A DNA stretch of 64,000 bases, from contig NC_092391.1 in the NCBI RefSeq assembly GCF_030028105.1, positions 51,867,223 to 51,931,222 on the forward strand. The letters are read 5' to 3'. Of this stretch, positions 12,406 through 25,357 are shown one piece after another. Origin of the DNA: Mobula birostris (lineage: Eukaryota). A program made the translations under genes and the position numbers. The notes below the pieces were generated by a model. That model was not told the origin of the DNA and did no database searches. It was given only the letters and a program-made list of their open reading frames with translations. The first letter of the stretch is position 1, and every line of letters begins with the position of its first letter.

Positions 12406-13866
12406 CGTATAACTGTCTCAACGTCTCTCAAACTTTGCTGTCGTACCTGCTGCCACATCTCCTGGCAGTTCATTCTAGGCATCTATCATTCTGTGGAGGG
12501 AAAAAAAAACTTCCACATACACCTTAAGACTTTCCTCTTCTCACCTTAGAGCCAATTGCTCTATTTTGTATTTCCAACATGGGAAGAAAGACTGATTAAC
12601 TTCTCAGAACTTTATATAATTCCATCAGGTCCAAGTTTGTCCAACCTCTTCTTCAAGCTAACAATCTCTAACGCCGGCAAAATCTTTCTTGTACCCTCTC
12701 CAAAACCGCCACATCTTACCTCTGATACAGAAACAAGACCTGTTGGTTAGCCTCTATTTGGACCATTGTGTACTCCAAATACAGCCTAACCAACATATCA
12801 TACAAGCTTCATGTGACTCATGCTCTACTGATGAAGGAAAGTATGCCATAAGCCTTCAACAATGGCCTGCCCCACTCCAATCACATTGATGTTATGGCCA
12901 TGAAAGCTCACCAGCACCTCTACTTTCTCAGAAAGAGAAAGAAATGTGATGTGTACCATCTGACCCTCAGTAATTTTAATCAATGAACCACAAAGCATCC
13001 TGTCTGGATATATTACGAGTAGATATTGCAACTGCTCTGCCCAAGACTACAGAGATGTGAACACAGCACAGCACATCACAGAAATCAGTCTCCTCTCCAC
13101 AGACTCTGCCTGTACTTCCCAGTACCTTACTAAACCAACCAAACTACCAGATGATCAATATTATTCAAAGGTTCATTTATTATCAAAGCATGTATCCATA
13201 TACAACTCTGAAATTTGTCTTCTCCAGATAGCCAAGGGACACGAAAGTCATTCAGAGAGAAATATCAAACCCACCTCATCCATACAAAAAAGAACAGCAT
13301 CCCGATCAACTCCCAAAACACCACTCCCCCCGCACAAAACAGAACCACATCAATCCCCCCCAATAAACAAACCCTCCCCTGCACAAAAAAAATTAACACA
13401 GCACAACAGAACATCAACCCCCAAACACCTTCCCCTCACACAACAAAAAGGAAAAGGAAAACGGGCGATAAAAAAAATATAAAAACTACAAGTCTGAAAA
13501 AGTCCACAGTCTATAAAAGCAATAGCCCAATCCATAAATGCAGAACCACGACACCATCCTCCGGTATCACCGACATTCATTGAAAGAGAGGGTCACCACA
13601 CGAGGCAGAGAGGCCTACCCGCCTGACACAGCAACAGGCTGCTCACAGTCTCCTTCTCCAGCAGCGATCAAAAGGCAGGCAGTCAGCACTAAACTCTCGC
13701 TTGCTCTCCACATTCGCCTTGATGTCTCAATATTCCTTGACCCTTTAACCTAAGACTATCCTCCTATCAATAAAAGGTCTAATCTTCACGATTATAAAGC
13801 CATATCAGGTACAATTAACAAGATAGTATGGAATAACTTGCCATGGCTTCTACAGAACTCCTAAAC

Positions 13867-13944
13867 CAGGGGTTCCCAACCCGAGGTCCTCAGACCCCTT
13901 GCTTAATGGTATTGGTTCATGGCATAAAAACGTTGGAGACCATG
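13867..13944 (+). mobile_element. ~80-bp hAT-type MITE, copy 1
   Basis: TIR CAGGGGTTCCCAAC; 8-bp TSD TCCTAAAC/TCCTAAAT. Confidence 0.8.
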
Positions 13945-14268
13945 TCCTAAATCATGCCCTCTCCCAACCATAAAAAAACAGGCAGAGGTGATGGGAAGAC
14001 AATTACCCCAATTCACATCCAACCATGACTTGGAATCTATCATCTCCATTCCTTTAGGAATACACACCATTGCCTGATGGACCCAAGCACAGGAGTGTGG
14101 GGGAGACAGATTTCATGATGGAAGGGACAGGTTCAAGAGAGAGGGGTGAGGACCACAGACAGAAGCATGAAACATTACTAATTGCGCAGGCAGCAAACAC
14201 AACTTGTGGGCAGCACCATATCTCATTACCAAATTAATCTTCCACCACGTTAACATCAACCAACCTAC

Positions 14269-14347
14269 CGAGAGTCTTCTCCATCTCCTCACATCTCCTC
14301 ATCTCACTGACAAACTTCCGCTGGAAGGTGGTCACATTAGGATTCAG
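14269..14347 (-). CDS. ATP6V0A2: ATP6V0A2 coding exon 2 (LNPNVTTFQRKFVSEMRRCEEMEKTL)
   Basis: ctgcag|CTG acceptor and G|gtaggt donor; 79 nt, phase 0 to 1; FQRKFV.E..RCEE.E motif. Absent from the ORF track. Confidence 0.93.
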
Positions 14348-14424
14348 CTGCAGGAGCAGAAATAGCAATTAAATTAGTCGCTCTGAAAGAATAAAGTTCT
14401 TATGTAGTAAATGACAATTCTACT

Positions 14425-15150
14425 GAATTTAAATTCCTGGGTATTACTACTACAGAGGACCTGTCCTGGACCCAGCATGTGAGTGCAATTGTAAAGAAAG
14501 CACAAAGCATCCCTACTTCCTCAGTTTGTGGAGATCCGGCATGACATCTAAAACTTTGACAAACTTCTATAGATGCGTGGTGGAAGGTGTACTGACTGGC
14601 TGCATCATAGCCTGGTATGGAAAGACCAATGCCTTGAACGGAAAGTCCTACAAATAGTGGAATCGGCCCAGTACATCACAGTAAACCACAGAGCGCATCT
14701 ACGTGCATCAGCGTCAGAAGAAAACAGCAACAAGCATCAGAGATGCCCGTCACCCAGGCCGTACTCTCGTCTCGCTGCTGCCATCAGGTAGAAGGTACAA
14801 GAGCCTCAGGACTGATACAACCAGGATCAAGAACGCCTCCCCCACCCCCCCCCCCCATCATCAGGCTGTTGAATAAAAGGAGATAACTACACTCAACCTC
14901 ACATTGCCCCATCATTGAAATGTTCCTACAACCAATGATCTCACTTTAAGGACTCTATCTCATGTTCTCGTTATTTACATTTTCATTTGCACAGTTTGTT
15001 GTCTTCTGCACTCTGGTTGATCTTTCACTGATCCTGTTACAGTTACTATTCTATTCGTTTGCTGAGTATGCCCACAAGAAAATTAATCTCTGGGTTGTAG
15101 ATGGTGACGTATTGGTACTTTGATAATAAAATTTACTTTGAACTTTGAAA
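14425..15150 (+). mobile_element. Rex1/Babar LINE 3' fragment ~80 bp from the ATP6V0A2 exon 2 acceptor
   Basis: KTLTNFYR and LLPSGRRY; 3' tail ...AATTTACTTTGAACTTTGA. Confidence 0.82.
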
Positions 15151-15460
15151 TATAGCACTCCTGAATTACCCTCACTGCAATCTGCAGTTTATAATTTCCC
15201 TTTAAGCAACGTACCTCTGAACCATTCTTCTGAAGGAGTCAGCAGACCTAACTCACAAGCATGCGGGCAGGCACCTTAAGCAGACGAAGGTATATCACCA
15301 TGGCTGGGAGACAGAGAGGAGGCAGCCCAGCTGAAACAGAGGAATGAAAGTTCCTCTCCTCACCATCTTGTTAGTAAATATACAGTGGCTGCAGAACTAA
15401 TTATATAACCACTGAATAGTTAGTTAGTTACATTATGTCATCATTTGCAACAGAATTACA

Positions 15461-17240
15461 AGTATATTCCAGTTAAAAGCAAAGACAGTAAGGGTGGGGA
15501 GAGCCAGCCTTGGATAACTAAGGAAATAAAGGAACACATCAAACTAAAAGCTCGCGTGTACAAAGCCACCAAGAGTAGTGGGAAACTGGGAAACTGGAAA
15601 GATTGGGAAAACTTTAAGAAGCAACAAAGGACCATTAAGCAAGCCATAAAGGAAGGGAAGATGGATTATGAAAATAAACTGGCACAAAATATAAAAATAG
15701 ATAGTAAAAGTTTTTATAATTTTATAAAGCGGAGAAGTGAATGTAGGTCCCTTCCAGGATGAGAAGGGGGGAATTGATATTGGGTAATGAGAAAATGGCC
15801 AAGGCTTTGAATAACTATTTTGTGTCACTTTTCAATGTGGGGGACACGTCTAACATGCTAAAGAGAGATGTCATGGATGCAATGGGAAGTGAGGACCTCG
15901 ACACAATAGCTATCACAAAAGAGGTAGTGCTGGGCCTACAGATAGACAAGCCCCTTGGTCCTGATGGAATGTTTCCCAGGGTGGTGAAAGAAATGGCAGA
16001 GGTTATGGTTGAGGACTCTGGGCAGGTGCCAGCGGATTGAAAGAAGATGAATACCACACAACTGTTCAAAAAAGGATGTAGGCAAAAGGCAGGAAACTTC
16101 AGGCCAGTTAGTTTAACATCTGTAGTTGAGAAAATCCCTGAAGCTATTACTAAAGAAGAAATAACAAGGCATCTGGAGAGAAATGGATCCATCAGGCAGT
16201 CACAGCATGGATTCAGAAAAGGCAGCTCCTGTTTGACAAATTTACTGGAGTTCTTTATAACAAGTGCAGTCGATCGAGAGGAACAGATGGCCATTATTTA
16301 CGGATTTCCAGAAGGCATTTGATAAGGAGTCACATAAAAGACTTATCCCTAAGATAAGGAGGCATAGAGTTGGGGGTGATGTATTAGCATGGATAGAGGA
16401 TGAGTTAACCAATAGAAAACAGAGAGTTGGGACACACGGGTGTTTCTCTGGTTGGCAATCAGTGGTGAGCGGTGTGCCACAGAGGTTAGTGTTGGACCTG
16501 CAACTATTCACAATATACATTAACGATCTGGAAGAGCGGACCAAGTGTAGTGTATCTAAGATTGCTGATGACACCAAATTGAATGGAAAAGCAAATTGTG
16601 CAGAGGATACGGAGAGTCTGCAGAGAGATATAGGTAGGTTAAGTGAATGGGCAAGGATCTGGCAGATGGCGTACAATGTTGGTAAATACGAGGTCATCCA
16701 CTTAGGAAGGAAAAATGGAAGATCAGATTATTATTTAAATGATAAAAGACTGAACATGCTGCTGTGCAGAAGGACTTGGGAGTGCTTGTGCATGAATCAC
16801 ATAAGGTTAGTTAGCAGGTTCAGCAGGCTATCAAGAAGGCAAATGGGATGTTGGCCTTCATTGCTAGAGGATTTGAAGTTAAAAGCAGGGAGGTTATGTT
16901 GCAATTGTACAGGGTACTGGTGAGGCCACACCTGGAGTACTGCGTGCAGTTCTGGTCTCCTTACTTGAGGAAGGATTCACTGGCCTCAAGGTTCAGGGGA
17001 GTAAATTTAGGATGGAGATGAGGAGTAACTGCTTTTCCCAGGGAGTGGTGAATCTGTGGAATTCTCTGCCCAATGAAGACAAGGTTGGATAGATTTTTGC
17101 ATAGCAGGGAATTAAGAGTTATGGGGAAAAGACAGGTAGGTAGAGACGAGTCCATGGCCAGATCAGCCATGATCTTATTGAATGGCGGAGCAGGCTCTAC
17201 GGACCAGATCGCCGACTCCTGTTCCTATTTCTTATGTAAC
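15461..17240 (+). mobile_element. CR1-clade LINE, 5'-truncated and internally deleted, flanked by a ~39-bp direct repeat
   Basis: RT motifs (RPVSLTS, SGVPQ, IADD); flanks 15422-15460 and 17241-17279 are near-identical. Confidence 0.9.
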
Positions 17241-17554
17241 AGTTAGTTTCATTATGTCACCATTTGCTATAGAATTACATTGTCAGCATCACCAAGCTCC
17301 CCGATGGGAATTAGGTGAAGATACAGGATGAACCCAGTTCAGTCCAGTATCAGTAAGATGGTTGGGAGCATGGCCTCTGGGTCCAACCAGAGATGTAATT
17401 GTTCAACCTTTTACACAATCACAGGTCTCCTCTGGTCATTTAATACTGCCGGTCGACCCCAGCAGTGAGTTGCTCGATAGAGGAGCTGGGCAGTGCCACC
17501 TACTACAGAAACGTCCGGGAGTCCGTCATGGAGGGAAAAGGCCTGAAGTGATTG

Positions 17555-17960
17555 AAGATATAGGAGCAGAATTAGGCCATTTGGCCCATCTAGTCTGCTC
17601 CACCATTTCATGACTGATCCATTTTCCCTCTCAGCCCCAGTCTCCTGCCTTCTCCCCGTATCCCTTCATGCCCTGACCAGTCAAAAATCTATCAACCTCT
17701 GCCTTTAAATACACCCAATGACTTGGCCTCCACAGTCTTCTGTGGCAATGAATTCCACAGATTCACCAGCCCCTGGTTAATCAAATTCCTCCTCATCTCT
17801 GTTCTAAAGGGATGTGCCTCTATTCTGAGGCTGTGCCCTCTGGTCTTAGATCCTCTCACCATTGAAGACAACCTCTCCACATCCACTCTATCGAGGCCTT
17901 TCAACATTCAATAGTTACAACGAGGTCACCACTCATCCTTCTGAATTCCAGTGAGTACAG
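17555..17960 (-). mobile_element. CR1 LINE 3' fragment
   Basis: Minus-strand ORF LKGLDRVDVE...TRGHSLRIE. Confidence 0.85.
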
Positions 17961-18059
17961 TTTCAGGTTGAATGAGAGCAAGTGGGATGAGCAGGAAGGG
18001 TGCCGTGGTCAGCATCAATCACTTGGGCCAAAAGGCCTGTATCCACCCTTACACATTGA

Positions 18060-20900
18060 TATAGCACCCCAACCATTACATCTGGCAGCTGATTTCACAA
18101 AGATACCACCCTTCCTGTGAAAAATAAATTTGTTCCTCAGGTTCCTCTGAAACCTCCCCCCCCCCCCACATTAAACCTATGCCTTCTAATTCTTGATACC
18201 CCAACCCTGGGAAAAAGACAGTGCATTGACAGTGATGTCATACAGCTCTGCAAGATCTCCTCTCAGACTCCCACACTGCAAGGAATAACATCCTATCCTG
18301 TCCAACCTCTCCTTGTACTTCAGTCCCTCAAATCCAGGCAACATCCTTGTAAATCTTTTCTGCACTCTTTCCAGAGCAGTAATATCTTTCCTAGAGTTAT
18401 AAAAAAGTACAGCACAGAAACCAGTACCTCGGCCCATCTAGACCATGCCAAACCATTTAAACTGCCTGCTATCATAGACCTGCACCAGGACCATAATCCT
18501 GCACACCCCTACCATCCATGTACTTGTCCAAACTTCTCTTAAAACATTGAAATTGAGCGCACAAGGACCATTTGTGCTAGCAGCTTGTTCCACACTCTCA
18601 CGACCCTCCCAAGCAAAGAAGTTTCCCTTCATGGTCCCCTTAAACATTTCACCTTTCACCCTTAACCCATAACCTCTAGTTGTAGCCCCACCAAACCTCA
18701 GTGGAAAAGCCTGCATCTACCCTCTCCATACCTCTCATAATTTTGTATACCTCCACCAAATCAAACTAATCTTCTACGCTCCAAGGAATAAAGTCCTAAT
18801 CTATTTAATTCTTTCCTTACAACTTACATTCTCCAGACCTTGTACACACACCCTTGTAAATTTCTTTCAACCTATTTCCTCTAGCAAGGCAACCTCAACT
18901 GAACACAATACTCCAAGTAGGGTCTTATCAGTGACCTGTACGACCATAGCATGACCTCCCATCTCCTATACTCAACGCCCTGACTGATGAAGGTCAGTGT
19001 ACCAAAAGCCTTCACCACCTTGACCGCCTGTGACTGTACCTTCAGTGAACCATGTACTTGTACTCCATGGTCCCTCTGTTCAACAACTCTTCCCAGAGCC
19101 CTGCCATTCACAGTGAAAGTCCCACCTCAATCCGACATTCCAAAAAGCAACATCTCACCAAATTAATCCTATGCTGTTACGAGAGGTAGGGGAAGAGATT
19201 GCTGGGGCTCAGGCTGTAAATTGTAAATCTTTGCCAGACAAAAGTGAGGTACCGGCTGACTCGAGGACAGCTAACAAAGAACACAGACCCAGAGCACGCC
19301 CTTCAGCCCACAATGTGCTGAGCCAGCTAAAGAGCATAAAACAAACATTAATCCCTCAACTACACAAATGCCCATATCCCTCGCCCCCATCTTCCTCACA
19401 TTCACGTGCCTATCTAAACATCTCTTAAAAGCCGTTAATGTATTTGCCTCTACCACCACCATACCAGGCAGCACATGCCAGGCAACAACCTCTCTGTACC
19501 CCTCACACTCCCCTTCAACCTACCCCCTCTCACCTTCAATGCATGCCCCCTGGTATTAGACATTTCAACCCTGAGATACTCTATCTGCTTTTTTTTAGCA
19601 AGGCAGCAAGGAAAAGCCTGGCAGTTACTGACCAGTGATCCTAACATCAGAAGAAGGGAAGACTTTGGAAAATTAGAGGGGCAGGATTAATGATCAATTG
19701 GAAAGGCAGTGACTAGCCAGAGTTTGCCAGCATAACTTTGTCAAAGGTAGACCCTGCCTGGACCAATAAGATTTATCTTTCCCCATCAGTCAGCAGAGTG
19801 TATTAACGAGGGCTGTGGTTTATATGTACCTCAGCAAAGCATCTAACAAGATCATGTATTGGGGAATGGTCCAAAAAGGTTAGGGCTATTGGGATTCCAG
19901 GGAAGTTGACAAATTGGATCCAAAATTGGCAACAGAAAAGAGGGCAGTTTTTGTGACCAGATGTCTATGACCAGTGATGTTCAACAAAGATCAGCACTGT
20001 ATTTACTACAGCCTTGTAATAAATGTGAATGACCTGGATCTGCATGAGAGAGGCATGATCAGTAATTTTGCAGATAACAAGATGATTGATGGAGTTGTTT
20101 ACAGCGTGGCGGGGAGCCCATGGTGGCAGATGGATAATGGTGTGTTAGCAAAAGGGAATGAGAAATAGTTGACAGAGTTTAATCCTGGTAAAAGTGAGGT
20201 GATGCAGTTTGAGCCAGGTCTGAGTCCAGACTTTTTGAAATACATCATGAGTGGTCAGGGATATATTCTAGTCCTCCTGAGATAAATGTTGACATCTCAT
20301 TTGCGTTCCTCACCAGACACAACGTGCAAATTAATCTTTAGAGAGTCCTACATAATGACTCCCAAGTCCCTTTAGAAAACAGTCTACCCTTTCATTTCTT
20401 CTACCAAAGTGCACGACCAGACACTTCCCAACACTGTATTCCGTCTGCCATTTCTTTGCCCATTCTCCTAATCTGTCTAAATCCTTCTGTAGCCTCTCTA
20501 CTTCCTCGAAACTACCTGCCCTTCTACCTATCTTCATATCATCTGCAAACTTTGCAATGAAGCCATCAATTCCATCATCCAAATCATTGACATAACGTGA
20601 AAGAATCAGTCCCAACACAGACCTTTATTTCCACTCTTTGCCTCCTACCAATCAGTCACTGCTTTATCCATGCTAGAATCTTTACTGTAATACCATGGCC
20701 TTGTGGCTTGTTAAACAGCCTCATGTGTGACACCTTGTCAAAGGCCTTCTGAAAATCTAAACACACATCAACCGATTCTCCTTTGTCTATCCTGCTTGTT
20801 ATTTCTTTAAAGAATTCCAACAGATTTGTCAGGCAAGACTTTCCCCTAAGGAACTCATGCTGATTATGGGCTATTTTCTTATGTGCCTCCAAACAACATA
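18060..20900. mobile_element. Pile-up of degraded CR1 fragments in both orientations
   Basis: Minus: [40 protein letters not shown]; plus-strand remnants at ~19170-20220. Confidence 0.75.
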
Positions 20901-21659
20901 CTGGCAGAGCTGGCAACAGCCTCAATTTACGAACCTGACAACAACGTGACTACTACTTTAACCAGGCAAGCTCACTTTGTTAAGCACCCCTTTCTACTGA
21001 GCATAATTAAATATGCCTTTTTACAAACACTCTGTGCCAGAGTAACCTTACCTGCATTAAGCATGTGCATATACACCCAACCCAACTTTATCCCACACTG
21101 TGACAGTTTTAATCACGTGCCCAGAAACAGAACTGGCATCAGGGAACACCCTAATACATGTGTGGCATTTGGCATCTGATAGCATTTAGCCCCAAGTAAT
21201 CATTTAAGTGGATCGACAGCATACAGCTTCTGCAGGCTTAGTACTAGAATGAAATTATAGTGACAGGTAGATTTGGCCAGCTGCCAATTTCCAGACGGCA
21301 GATCCAACACAGCAGAAACTCCTGAAGAAAGGAAGAGACAGTGAGCGGGAATTCTCCACTATTAAATAATAGTCACCGACTGCCAAGATGACCACAAATT
21401 ACCACTGATAACCACAAATAAAACAAACCAGCATCCAGTCAACCAGAGCACCAGGTACATTGACTACAGTTACAGATGACTGATCAGTTTTATACTGCAG
21501 CAGGTAGTTAATACATAACCAAATGCAACAGCGAGCAGGAACTAACAGCTTGTAATAGATCAACAAGATCATTAGTTAAGATACTGGTTAAGCAGTAAAC
21601 ACGATAAATTACAATGGGTTCAGATTACCAATAGCCACACCCTTGTTGCTTTTCCATTA

Positions 21660-22142
21660 CCTAGTAGGTGATGGGGTTACAAGGTTGGTTATCTGCTAGT
21701 TAGTGATGGAGCACAGTAAACAGAGCTATTAGTGAGACACTACAGTCTGTAGGGTTACTATTCAATGGAGCACAAGAGTAAGTTGAATTACTAGTTAGTG
21801 AGGCCCACAATAAACTAGTCCTGACGAAAGGTCTCGGCCTGAAACGTCGACTGTACCTCTTCCTAGAGATGCTGCGTTCACCAGCAACTTTGATGTGTGT
21901 TGCTTGAATTTCCAGCATCTGCAGAATTCCTCGTGTAAACGGGGTTATTATTTAGTGAAGGCAGATAGAAGGCAGGATTACTGTCTAGTGAGGCACACAG
22001 TAAGCGGAGTTACTAGTTATTGAAGGAACCACAGAAGGCGGGTTTACCACAGCAGGAAGGATCACGAGCTAGCGAGGCACTACAGGGGGCAGTGGTACAA
22101 GTCCGTCAATAACACAATAAGTAGGGCTGCTAGTTAGTGAAG
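21660..22142. repeat. Degenerate ~31-bp minisatellite at the start of ATP6V0A2 intron 1, split by a hammerhead mini-insert
   Basis: Recurrent GTTACTAGTTAGTGAGGCACACAGTAA.CGG-like units. Confidence 0.7.
21817..21852 (+). ncRNA. Minimal hammerhead ribozyme heading a 120-nt PLE-derived insert (21816-21935, TSD TAAAC)
   Basis: AGTC-CTGACGA-aAGGTctcgGCCT-GAAA-CG-TC-GACT; the insert is nearly identical to 50194-50325 apart from a 12-nt deletion. Confidence 0.83.
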
Positions 22143-22149
22143 GCTGGAC

Positions 22150-22860
22150 TCACGTCTCTGAACTCCACCAGGCCGGCCTCCCCCAGCTCGCTAACACAGT
22201 CGTAGGCCGAGGCGGCCTGCAGAAAGAGCTGGGCCAGGCACATCTCCTCGCTGCGGAACACCGCACCCATCGTCCCGTTCCTCTGGCCTCCCGTCCACAC
22301 ACGGATGCACCCAAACCCGCCGCTACGCGTCCACAGGCCCAACAGGAGGACGATTCCGAGCAGCGGCCGCCCCACGACTCGCTTCCCGGTGCTGACCACG
22401 CCCCCGGCAAGCAGTGTGACCAATCATAACCTACAACGGGCAGACTACGATCCTGCCCCCACGGGTCGATTAAAACCCGCCCCCTTCCGTGATTGAAAGG
22501 CGGTGAGACCAACTATCGCATTGACCAAGTGTCGACACGTAGTGACCTACAACGCCTTACTGAGTGAATGACAAGACAGTGACCGCAGCCCCTGCTGAAT
22601 GATTGGTTGGCCGTGGAGACAATGATTGGCATACCCATACTCATACCCATGATTGGCAGGCAGTAAGACCAACGCCCGCCCAAACTGAGTGATTGGCAGG
22701 CAACAGGACCAATAACTGCACCGCTGATTGAGCCACTGGAACAGAGCGCTCCAAGCGATGCCGGCCTGACAGCACGTCGTGGCTCGAATACAGAGTCCGA
22801 CCCGAAACGCCCGCCCGCCCGCAGATGCTGCTCGATTCGCCGAGTCCAGATTCCAACATC
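22150..22860 (-). promoter_or_regulatory. CpG-rich ATP6V0A2 promoter/first exon with CCAAT and GC boxes
   Basis: Visibly CpG-dense in an otherwise CpG-poor window. Perfect CCAAT/ATTGG at 22420, 22602, 22625, 22652, 22692 and 22709; GC boxes CCACGCCCC (~22396) and CCCGCCCC (~22476). Confidence 0.8.
22154..22270 (-). CDS. ATP6V0A2: V-type proton ATPase 116 kDa subunit a2, coding exon 1 ([39 protein letters not shown])
   Basis: ATG at 22270 in a strong Kozak context (ACGATGG); 117 nt; ends GAC|gtgagt. The peptide matches the V0 a-subunit N-terminus (human a2, from memory: [18 protein letters not shown]...GLVQFRD). Confidence 0.95.
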
Positions 22861-22879
22861 TGCAGTCTTGTGTCCCTGA

Positions 22880-23520
22880 ATTGACAAATTTCTGTAGTCG
22901 AATGGTGGAGAGTATCTTGACTGGCTGCATCACAGCCTGGTATGGAAACACCATCGCCCTTGAACGGAAAATCCTACAAAAAGTAGTGGATATGGCCCGC
23001 TCCATCGCGGGTAAAGCTCTCTCTACAATTGAGCACATCTACATAAAACCCTGTCGCAGGAAAGCAGCATCCATCGTCAAGGACCCCCACCAGCCAGAAC
23101 ATGCTCTCTTCTCACTGCTGCCATCAGGAAGGTGGTACAGTGGCGTCAGGACTCACACCACCAAGTTCAGGAACAGTTATTACCCCTCAAACATCAGGCT
23201 CCTGAACGAGAGGAGATGACTTCACGCAACTTCACTTGCCCCATCACTGAACTGTTCCCACAACCAATGAACTCACTTTCAAGGGCTCTTCATCTAATGT
23301 TCTCGATATTTATTGTGATTTATTTGTATTAGTATTTCTTCCTTTTGCATTGGCACAGCTTGTTGTCTTCTGCACTCTGGTTGAATACCCAGGGTGGGCG
23401 GTTTTCATTGATTCTGTTATCATTTTGTAGATTTGTTGAGTATGCCACAGGAAAATAAGTCTCAGGGTTGTATATGGCGACATATATGTATTTTGATAAT
23501 AAAACTTATCTTGAATTTTG
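22880..23520 (+). mobile_element. Rex1/Babar LINE 3' fragment bordering the ATP6V0A2 promoter
   Basis: ORF: ESILTGCITAWYGN...KAASIVKDPH.P.HALFSLLPSGR...RNSYYP..IRLLN. Confidence 0.88.
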
Positions 23521-24772
23521 ATATCTAACACTGCATTAATCAAATCACTGGTCGACAGTAATGCTTATTCACTTTTAATGTTAACCACAAAACACTGGAG
23601 AAACTCAATGAGCCAAGTGTATGAACAATCGACCCTTCGCGAGACCCACCTTCCCCTGAAGCGTGGTTGTCACGTTTTGACGGTCGAACACCGCCTCTGC
23701 TACATGATTGACAGTCCGTGGACTTCTAACTCCACCCCTGCCGCATGACCCCGCCCCTCGAGCGTGAACAATCCTTCAGTCTAACCATGTGATTGACAGC
23801 AGGGGCTATCCGGACCCTGCGCCCCCCCCCCATCAGAAGTGATGGACAAGAGGAGGGGGTGGGCTATCTGGAGTTGTATGAGTGGTTTAGGTGCCAGGAT
23901 GGGAACTAAATGTAATGATAGTGGTACTGTTATTGAGTTATTAGACACCCACACTGAGATATAGTGAAAGGCTTTGTTTTGTGTGACATGCATTTGGATC
24001 ATGCTGAACATAATTACCCCAAGGTAGTAACAGAAGCAGAATACAGCACATAGTGTTGCAGTTTTACAGAGAAAGTTATGTGCAGGTGACTCCTGGACAT
24101 ACAGTGTGGATCATACTGACGAATGGGTGGAGTGGTGGAGCAGATGGAATTTCATCCCATCCATTTCATGCCGAAACCACTTAAACGGACTACTCCCATC
24201 AACCTGCACTGGGACCATAGCCCTCCATCCATGAACCTCTCCAAACTTCTCTTAAACATTGAGGTTGAGCTTGCATGCACCACTTGTGCTGACAGCTCAT
24301 GGCACACTCTCACCACCCTGAGTGAAGAAGTTTCCCTTCATGTTCCCCTTAAACTTTTCACCTTTAATCCTTAACCCATGACCTCCAGTTGTAGTTCCAC
24401 CCAACTGCAATGGGAAAAGCCCGCTTGCATTTACCCTATCTATACCCCTCATAATTTTGTATACCTCTGTCAAATCTCCTCTCAATCTTCTATGTCCTAA
24501 GGAAAACTATCCTAACCTACTCAATCTTTCGTGATTTCTTTAGATAGAGATGTTGAGGACAACTAGTGTCAGAAAGAAAATAAATGGAAAAATAATTAGG
24601 AGGGACAGAGGCAAATGTTATTGGCAACACATGCAGGAGTCAGGAACTCGCTGCCTGCGGATGTAATGTGCAAACAGAGCCTGTGAATAAACAAAAAGAG
24701 GGAAAAAATATAATCTGTTTCTATTCCATGAAGGTCTCTGCAACCTTCTCGTAGCTGACACTGCCACCCAGT

Positions 24773-25357
24773 TTTATTCATCAGTGTACTATTTATATAT
24801 TATATTCCCATCATATGAGTCACTCGTACAGACTGTGAACATGTAGAACCTAATACTCAAACCTGTCCCATTTTTTTGGTCATTTTCTCCTTAGCAGCCA
24901 TGCCTTCAATTATCAAGGCCCCAAGTTCTGGAGTTCCATCTCCCTTTTCTCCTTCAAATTTGTCCCACCACAGGCCTTTTGGTCATTGTGCTGACATCTT
25001 GTGCAGGTCAGAATCATTACACATTCCTGTCATATCAGCTGGGATGTTTTAGCACATTAACTGCAGGTGGTAACTGTGAAGAGAGGCTCTGACACGTGTG
25101 CTGACTATTCCCAAAAGAGTACAGGTGAAAGGGGAGGGAAGAGGAGCATCAGCTTTGAAGAAACAGTTGAGAAAAAGAAAAGTAGATGCGAGGAGGAAGT
25201 TATTTCTTGCTCGTTTATGCATACAAAAAAAGGCAAATAAAATATCAGAAAAATGGAGACAGACACTCCCATTCACAAAGAAAGTAGGCACAGCTTTCAA
25301 AGGTGACCAGCCTTCATCCTGACGTGAAACCACCTAGCTGTATGTCAGTCTTTTATT
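24773..25357 (-). terminator. Candidate TCTN2 polyadenylation signals (AATAAA at 25352-25357 and 24773-24778)
   Basis: TTTATT on + strand ~0.5 and ~1.1 kb after the stop codon. Which one is used cannot be determined from sequence. Confidence 0.4.

Noticed and set aside
22271-22423. 51-codon in-frame N-terminal extension of ATP6V0A2
   Set aside because: It starts at a TTG overlapping a CCAAT box, probably upstream of the TSS. The conserved ATG has a strong Kozak context, and GC-rich DNA is often stop-free by chance.
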